Shown: piece after piece, positions 34,710-40,242 of the stretch | Layout of the letters: each line of letters begins with the position of its first letter | Position numbering within the stretch: position 1 is the first letter of the stretch | Program-made: the position numbers and the translations under genes | Assembly (NCBI GenBank): GCA_965263355.1 | Contig: CBDHHL010000028.1 | Location: 1-40,242 of the forward strand | From: Leptolyngbyaceae cyanobacterium | Lineage (GTDB): Bacteria; Cyanobacteriota; Cyanobacteriia; Phormidesmidales; Phormidesmidaceae | DNA: 40,242 bases | Direction of reading: 5' to 3' | Notes under the pieces: generated by a model | Told to the model about the DNA's origin: nothing | What the model saw: only the letters and a program-made list of their open reading frames with translations | Database searches by the model: none

Positions 34710-35363
34710 GGCACCACGTCTAATTGCCTCCTCAAGGCTCATATAAATAATTGAACATTTGCAGTTGTTACGGCACTCACACGCTTCTGTCGGCATAACT
34801 AATTCATCTATCGGCAACGGTGGGAATGACGCGTATATAGGGCAGCTAGGGCAATGGTCAACAGGGGCTAACTGTCGAATCCCATAAGTTAAGCCTTGCC
34901 GTCTAGCTATTTCTCGCTTAAACCTATTTTCTAAGGTGCGATCGCTGTCCCCAAACGCCCTAAGCCTGTTCTGTAATTGGGATAATGAATTTTTGCCCGC
35001 CAATAAATCCCTAACTAGCCACGCAAGCCCAAACGCTGTCCCGGTCAATTCCTCAAGACCTAAATAATATTGCTCCTTTAATGCAAATTGAATCATTCGC
35101 CTTAGTTGTTGGTCTGGTAAGTCGTTAAACTCATTTGCTTTTAACCAGTGCAAGTCACGAAGAATTACGGCGGCCCTGGATTGAAACTCGCGAGTGCCAA
35201 TGGTTTGACTAGCTAGCAATGCGGCCAATGCAATAAGCGCCGCAATTAAACTGTCCCTCTCTTGGTTGGGTATCGATTCAGACTCCGCAATCAAATCATA
35301 ATCAGCATTAGATAAAATGCCGTCATCCAATAAAATGATTGGTTCCAAGAGATCAAGCGGCAT
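34701..35363 (-). CDS. Minor head morphogenesis protein (Mu gpF / SPP1 gp7-like)
   Basis: HCPSC...P....CECRNNCKCSI Cys motif, directly after the portal gene. Confidence 0.72.
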   Translation of the reverse strand: MPLDLLEPIILLDDGILSNADYDLIAESESIPNQERDSLIAALIALAALLASQTIGTREFQSRAAVILRDLHWLKANEFNDLPDQQLRRMIQFALKEQYYLGLEELTGTAFGLAWLVRDLLAGKNSLSQLQNRLRAFGDSDRTLENRFKREIARRQGLTYGIRQLAPVDHCPSCPIYASFPPLPIDELVMPTEACECRNNCKCSIIYMSLEEAIRRGASV

Positions 35364-37824
35364 AGATTCTTGTAAGCTCACGTTCTGCCCACGCCTTGGC
35401 TGCTTGCTCAGACGCTTTCAAATTATGACGATCAGACAATCCTAGGCTGATATCTAAAAGTCCCTCCATGGTTGTTGGGTCACTAGGTAGATTCGGGTCT
35501 GCACTCGTCAAGTACTCTAAACAGTCATCTGGTGGAATAAACCTAAGCTCACTAGTATTAATGGCCTTGGCCTTGTCCGCTGCTTCCATCTGCCGCCATA
35601 GGCTATTAAACCAACTCATCCCAGCACGACCGCCCCAATAAGCCCATGCCGCCCATGCTGGTGTGTCTTTAGCAGCTGAGCCGAACCGAGCATTACGCTT
35701 AAAGAACCGATAGCCCATCCTCGCCCTGGCTGGTGTTACCGCATCGCCATTAGCAAGCTTACTGGCCCATCGTTTGGTTGCTGACTCCATGCCGCCCCCA
35801 ATCTTTAGGTTTTCGTTATTAATAGCAGACTTAAATGCTGAATGAACAACCATTGGAGGCTTAAAATTAATATGGCTGTAGCGGCCTTCAGCAAACGTTG
35901 GTGCATTAGCACACTGTTCAATATCTCGAATGGATACCTCTTCAATGCCACCAAAAAAACGAAATGGCATTTGTCGTTTATACGCTCGTTCAAATTGAGC
36001 AGCTGTTTCAAAAAAGATCCCATATTTGCATTCGTCAAATTCACCAGTCTGAGTCAATTGACGAATACGAAAAATACGATTGCTACTAAAATGAGGCCCC
36101 AAATAGACATCTAACGCCTCGTTATCCTCTCCCTTATGCCCTTCAAAATAACCATAGGCAACACGCATCGGTTTTTGAAACCGTAAGCTCCCTACTTCAT
36201 TTTCAATGCCGATCTTAAACCCGTTCCAAGTAACGAAACGACCAGCACCAGCAAAATCTAACTCAGCTTTGGCCGCCGCTTCATTGGGCAGCCCCCATCC
36301 AAACCGATTAGCGATCTCAATAATATTTTGCTGAATACTTTCTGGCATATGTTCAGATAGTCGCCAAGCCTTTTCTACGTCTGCATCACTAGAGATCGGC
36401 AATGTTTGACTTGGCCCAGCGAATGCCCCCTTGATTTTACCTGTAGCTAGCTGAGCACGTTTTAACTCAGTCCATTCAGTAAATGCTGCAGTAGGTTGCT
36501 GTTCCGTTGGAGGTGCTAAAACAGGAGCAGCGATAGACCAGTTTTGACCATAAGTTTCCTTCACATATTCATCGGTAGGAACAAGGCCAGAAGTAATTAA
36601 CGTGCTATCAGCAACAGCGCGTTCTGCTCGGTTAGCCTCTTCCCTGGCTTCCTCTTCTAACTGTTTAGCATCTTCCGTCGTCCATCGCTTAATGACGGGG
36701 ATCTCTGCCTTAGGCGCGTTCAATTCAAAAAATGGCTTCCACAATTGCTCTATTAATTGAGCGTCTAACAAATTACAATCCGCATCAGTTAACGATGATT
36801 CCCGCTCATCTTGTTGGCTGCTATTCGCCGCAAAACTCCCCCCTGTTGAGCGCTCTGCAAAAGATGATTCTCCCAACACAGCTTCTGTAATCTGACTATC
36901 CGCAAAATTCATTAGCCGTTCGTGGACATCTGGACTACTGGAATTAATAGCCTCCACTAATCTCACATCAAACCCAGCCGGAAACGCGCCATATCCGTTA
37001 GGGCTTATTGTCTGCAAAAAAGCTTCAAAATCGTTGTAATTCGCTAAATGACTTGGATTATTCAGCTGGATTATTTCCTCGTCATATGTTCCAACTACTG
37101 GGGGAGAACCCAGGCGATCGCTATGCAGCAGCCAAGCATTACGCGCCTCTTTTTTAATCTGCCTCCATGCCCAAATCTGGTATCCCAAACCCCTACCCCA
37201 TGGCAACCCCTGGGAACTGCCAAACGAATACATGATCATTCGCCCTTTAGGGATTCTTTCCCCTCTCACTGGGCTGCGCTTAGTCAGTAGCCTAACCTCA
37301 TAGCCGTTCTGCATCACTATCTGATCAGAAATTGGGATCCCACGACGCAACCGCTCGCCAGTCGTTAACGGAGTAAAATAATCGTCTTCTTTGTAGTGCG
37401 CAAAATTAAATCTATACTGAGGAACAAATTTTAACTGTGGCAGTAATAACCCCTCTACTTGCTCCCACTTTTCAACCGCTAATGCACTGAAACCAATCAA
37501 CATTCCACTGTCAATCAAATCATTGCAAAGCTGTTCATAATTAATACGCTTAAGCGCTAAGCCAAGAATTTCAAACGCTCGTTTATCTTGTCGCTTTTCT
37601 GATGCAGGCTTAGTAATTAATCGACGGCCTAATATCGCTAAGCGTCTTCGTTGTAGCCTAGAATGTATGTGGGCATCTTGCCTAAGCTTTTCATATAGTT
37701 GATACTCACGGCCAAGCCTAATATTTAGATAGTCGTCCTCAGGTTGCGGCCCCTCATTGATGTGAAACGCCAGATACGGATCTGTATCAATAAGATTTAA
37801 TTTTGTTTTTGTCGATAAGACCAT
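35353..37824 (-). CDS. DUF935 (Mu gp29-like) portal with long C-terminal extension (DUF6582-like, PPase-like and a further head-associated domain)
   Basis: DAHIHSRLQRRRLAIL, PWGRGLG, DRLGSP.VVG.Y, ITEAVLG portal motifs; FAGPSQTLPI; IGIENEVGS.R...YGYF.GHKGEDNEALDVYLGP...FDECK; AAWAYWGGRAGMSW. Confidence 0.82.
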   Translation of the reverse strand: MVLSTKTKLNLIDTDPYLAFHINEGPQPEDDYLNIRLGREYQLYEKLRQDAHIHSRLQRRRLAILGRRLITKPASEKRQDKRAFEILGLALKRINYEQLCNDLIDSGMLIGFSALAVEKWEQVEGLLLPQLKFVPQYRFNFAHYKEDDYFTPLTTGERLRRGIPISDQIVMQNGYEVRLLTKRSPVRGERIPKGRMIMYSFGSSQGLPWGRGLGYQIWAWRQIKKEARNAWLLHSDRLGSPPVVGTYDEEIIQLNNPSHLANYNDFEAFLQTISPNGYGAFPAGFDVRLVEAINSSSPDVHERLMNFADSQITEAVLGESSFAERSTGGSFAANSSQQDERESSLTDADCNLLDAQLIEQLWKPFFELNAPKAEIPVIKRWTTEDAKQLEEEAREEANRAERAVADSTLITSGLVPTDEYVKETYGQNWSIAAPVLAPPTEQQPTAAFTEWTELKRAQLATGKIKGAFAGPSQTLPISSDADVEKAWRLSEHMPESIQQNIIEIANRFGWGLPNEAAAKAELDFAGAGRFVTWNGFKIGIENEVGSLRFQKPMRVAYGYFEGHKGEDNEALDVYLGPHFSSNRIFRIRQLTQTGEFDECKYGIFFETAAQFERAYKRQMPFRFFGGIEEVSIRDIEQCANAPTFAEGRYSHINFKPPMVVHSAFKSAINNENLKIGGGMESATKRWASKLANGDAVTPARARMGYRFFKRNARFGSAAKDTPAWAAWAYWGGRAGMSWFNSLWRQMEAADKAKAINTSELRFIPPDDCLEYLTSADPNLPSDPTTMEGLLDISLGLSDRHNLKASEQAAKAWAERELTRIYAA

Positions 37825-37826
37825 AC

Positions 37827-39209
37827 CTAGTCAAGTGAAGTGATTTTTTCTCTAATGGGTCTCGATGGGGGTGCTGCTGATCTTTTATCCCCTCCACGTC
37901 CTTTTATTAAGGGCTCTAGTCCATAGCGTACGGAGTCTAGAACATGATTATCCTTATCCACGATTTGAGCTAAAACATCCCCACCCTTATTCTCTTTATA
38001 ACGATATCGTTTAAGCTCCGTTTGAGTATTAACACAATTAGGATGCACTAAAATTTCAAAGCTTCTTAGCCAGTCGATCCCATCTTCCACACAGTTTGGC
38101 CATTTACTGCAAGGCCTCAAATTTGGGAATCCATGCCGTCTTAAATAGCTTATACTCTCAGGTCGCGCATTATCAGCCCTACAAATGGCTTTCTCCATGC
38201 CAGGAATATCTTTAAGCCATCTATTAGCAATCTTGTCTGTCTCTAATCGATAAGCGTAGCTCTCGCGGCTAATGTATACTTGCTGGCCACTAACCCATAT
38301 CTCAACGGCTGCAGTCGGGTCATTAGCAAAACCCCAATCTGCTCCATAATATGGCCCATCCCAAGTGGCTGTGTCAGTCTCTGCAATACGCCAGCGGCCC
38401 GCAAACACAACTGCATCAGACTTAACATTATAGCCTCCAAGCCAGATCCATTCATGCTTTTCTGGGTCTGCTATTCGGTCCCGTTCTTCATCGTCTTTAC
38501 TGGTCTGAGTTAAGAATGGATTGTCCTTAAAACTGATGCCTTTGATAATCGAATTCTTTGGTAAATTCGGCCCTCTAAAAAAATAATCAACTGGGTCTGT
38601 CGGTTGATCTGGGTTCCATGAAAACCAAGTCTCGGCACCTTCACTTCTCAAAGTCGGGATAAGAAGATCTAACGAAAACTGATCAATCTCTGACGCTTCA
38701 TCAACCCACGCAATACCAAAATTTTCAAAACCTTTAATCGATGATGCGTTATGGTCCTGCATCCCGACAAAAGTGATAAATCCCCTCCCACCCTTCCGCT
38801 TGATTTGCGTCTGTTGCACATCAAAATAGTCATCCCAGCCAAGGTCAGTGACTTTATTTTTTAACAGCAGCTGAGTTGAGTTTGTAAGCGTTACTCGATA
38901 TTTACGAATACAAACACATTGCAAGTCAGGATCGCAAATCATCCTAGCCAACATCAGCTCTGCAAATGTATGACTTTTCCCACAAGCTCTGCCCCCATAT
39001 GCAGCCTTAAACCGTGCAGGCTTAAAAAAATCTAAGGCCCATTCTGGCGTTTTTGGCAGCAATTCTTGAGGCGCTTTGGGTAGCGCTTCTAACGCTTTAG
39101 CCCTCTTTATCCTGCATTGCCGGTCTATGCGCTTATGCAACTCCCGCATGGACGGAGTGTTAGCAACAGCCTTGGCCATAATCGAGCTACTGCTTTTCCG
39201 TCTCGACAC
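37827..39209 (-). CDS. terL: Terminase large subunit, PBSX-type
   Basis: Walker A YGGRACGKSH, Walker B WVDEA, FSWNP, nuclease GADWGFANDP, ADNARPE, DKDNHVLDSVRY. Confidence 0.95.
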   Translation of the reverse strand: MSRRKSSSSIMAKAVANTPSMRELHKRIDRQCRIKRAKALEALPKAPQELLPKTPEWALDFFKPARFKAAYGGRACGKSHTFAELMLARMICDPDLQCVCIRKYRVTLTNSTQLLLKNKVTDLGWDDYFDVQQTQIKRKGGRGFITFVGMQDHNASSIKGFENFGIAWVDEASEIDQFSLDLLIPTLRSEGAETWFSWNPDQPTDPVDYFFRGPNLPKNSIIKGISFKDNPFLTQTSKDDEERDRIADPEKHEWIWLGGYNVKSDAVVFAGRWRIAETDTATWDGPYYGADWGFANDPTAAVEIWVSGQQVYISRESYAYRLETDKIANRWLKDIPGMEKAICRADNARPESISYLRRHGFPNLRPCSKWPNCVEDGIDWLRSFEILVHPNCVNTQTELKRYRYKENKGGDVLAQIVDKDNHVLDSVRYGLEPLIKGRGGDKRSAAPPSRPIREKITSLD

Positions 39210-39720
39210 TAGCAGCCTCCAACTGTTCTTTTAGCTCAGAAATGCCCAACGCCTCAGCCCATACTTGAGGCGCATATTTCATAAAATCACCAATAATGCC
39301 GCTCAGCTGCTTCATCTCCGCAAAAGTCTTGGGGTGCCGATCCTTATCCTTCATGATCCGCTCAGCCGATTCTTGAAGGATTTTGCTGCAAAGCATCACA
39401 TTATTAAACGCAGCTTTTCCCGCGTTTTCATGCATCCGTCGGAAATCCTCTAGATCAGCCTCATACTTCTCTAAAGCTGCTTGCTTTCTCGCCTCATTCT
39501 TAGCATCTTGTATCCATTGGTGGTGTGCGTCTAACCGCTCTTCCCACTTCCAATCAATTTTCCATGTCTGCCAACGACCTGAAACCCTGGCATCTGGCTT
39601 GCCAGTATATTCTCTATAAACGTCAGTAATGTTTTTCTCTGGCCACCGCTTAAGCACTGCCTCAAATGCGTTATATGCAGCTACTGATTCCCCAGGCTGC
39701 TTGTTCCATGGCATGTTCAT
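39187..39720 (-). CDS. Putative terminase small subunit
   Basis: PWNKQPGESVAAYNAF...W...WKWEER helical pattern; overlaps the terL start. Confidence 0.62.
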   Translation of the reverse strand: MNMPWNKQPGESVAAYNAFEAVLKRWPEKNITDVYREYTGKPDARVSGRWQTWKIDWKWEERLDAHHQWIQDAKNEARKQAALEKYEADLEDFRRMHENAGKAAFNNVMLCSKILQESAERIMKDKDRHPKTFAEMKQLSGIIGDFMKYAPQVWAEALGISELKEQLEAASVETEKQ

Positions 39721-39837
39721 GAAGTGAGTGATCGGTGAGTGATCTAGGGGTGGAAAGTGAGTGACCGCGATTAATCTAGACACTCTAACCCTAGCAAATT
39801 ATAGCTACAATGCCAGCTATAGGGCTATTAAGGCAAC

Positions 39838-40242
39838 ATGGACAATCTAGAAAACCGTCTTACAATCCTGGACCTAAATCAAATTTTGCCCCAGGAAAAT
39901 AACGCCAACCAGCATACTGATCGCGGTATGACCATGCTTGACAACTCTATCTCACGAGATGGTTGGTCGGGTGCTGGTGAGATGGCTGCTAACAATCAGA
40001 TTTATCATGGTTCTGCTAGGCGAGAAACACTGTCAGACTCAGGTAAGGCACTGGTTTTAGATCATGATGGCAGTATGCCGATTTATCTTAGACGCACTGA
40101 TATCCCTACTGCTGACGATGCCAAAGCAGTAAGGCTTGGAGTCGCCCACAACCGAATTGCTGAAGTAAATCTTAGCTGGGAACCTACAATATTGCTTGAA
40201 GCTAATAATACTGGGCTACTTGATATTGATGATTTTTGGCTG
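39838..40242 (+). CDS. ParB/Srx-like N-terminal domain protein (truncated by the window end; not in ORF track)
   Basis: MDNLENRL..LNQILPQENNANQHT..G...L.NSISRDGW.......NNQIYHGSARRE...AHNRIAE...W; frame stays open to the end. Confidence 0.7.
   Translation, partial: MDNLENRLTILDLNQILPQENNANQHTDRGMTMLDNSISRDGWSGAGEMAANNQIYHGSARRETLSDSGKALVLDHDGSMPIYLRRTDIPTADDAKAVRLGVAHNRIAEVNLSWEPTILLEANNTGLLDIDDFWL

Larger units (their letters stand above)
776..40242. mobile_element. Tailed phage / prophage genome segment, probable cyanobacterial host
   Basis: Terminase, DUF935-like portal, Mu I-like protease, major capsid, two endolysins, primase-helicase and Rha in phage-like modular order; HIP1 palindromes point to a cyanobacterial host; no ends or att sites visible. 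Confidence 0.93.

Noticed and set aside
1..40242. tRNA, rRNA, integrase or photosynthesis AMGs
   Set aside because: None recognisable by eye; tRNAscan/Infernal and HMM searches would be needed to exclude them formally

Overview
The window is most of a tailed-phage (Caudoviricetes) genome or prophage, very probably from a cyanobacterium. Evidence for the host: at least 7 perfect HIP1 GCGATCGC palindromes, a DUF3854-type primase, cyanobacterial-type endolysin N-domains and a SwmB-like domain. Layout left to right: AT-rich candidate origin and a DUF3854/SF3 primase-helicase (1-3 kb); a rightward early block with a divergent Dam-like methyltransferase and a LuxR HTH (3.2-6.6 kb); a leftward lysis block with M15A peptidase, GH24 lysozyme, small membrane proteins and a class-3 lipase (6.6-10.4 kb); an accessory region with an FHA membrane protein, two N4/N6 methyltransferases in duplicated cassettes, a SLOG protein, an XRE switch, repeated-promoter mini-cassettes and Rha-P63C (10.5-18.6 kb); then a long leftward late operon from terminase, multi-domain portal, protease/scaffold and capsid through adhesin-like virion proteins (39.7 to 21.3 kb). 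That operon is followed by a PAS-sensor membrane protein, a T4-holin-T-like protein and a beta-helix protein. The most striking candidate new system is signal-gated lysis: a FixL-like heme-PAS/coiled-coil/2TM gene overlaps a T-holin-like TM+GAF gene, and an FHA/coiled-coil/2TM protein has the same architecture. Also notable are a methyltransferase split exactly after DPPYG by a TTGA stop/start overlap, beta-clamp-like C-terminal motifs on all three methyltransferases, and a lipase where spanins might be expected. I saw no integrase, tape measure, tail tube/sheath, tRNA or CRISPR array. All family assignments come from motif recognition by eye, not database searches.
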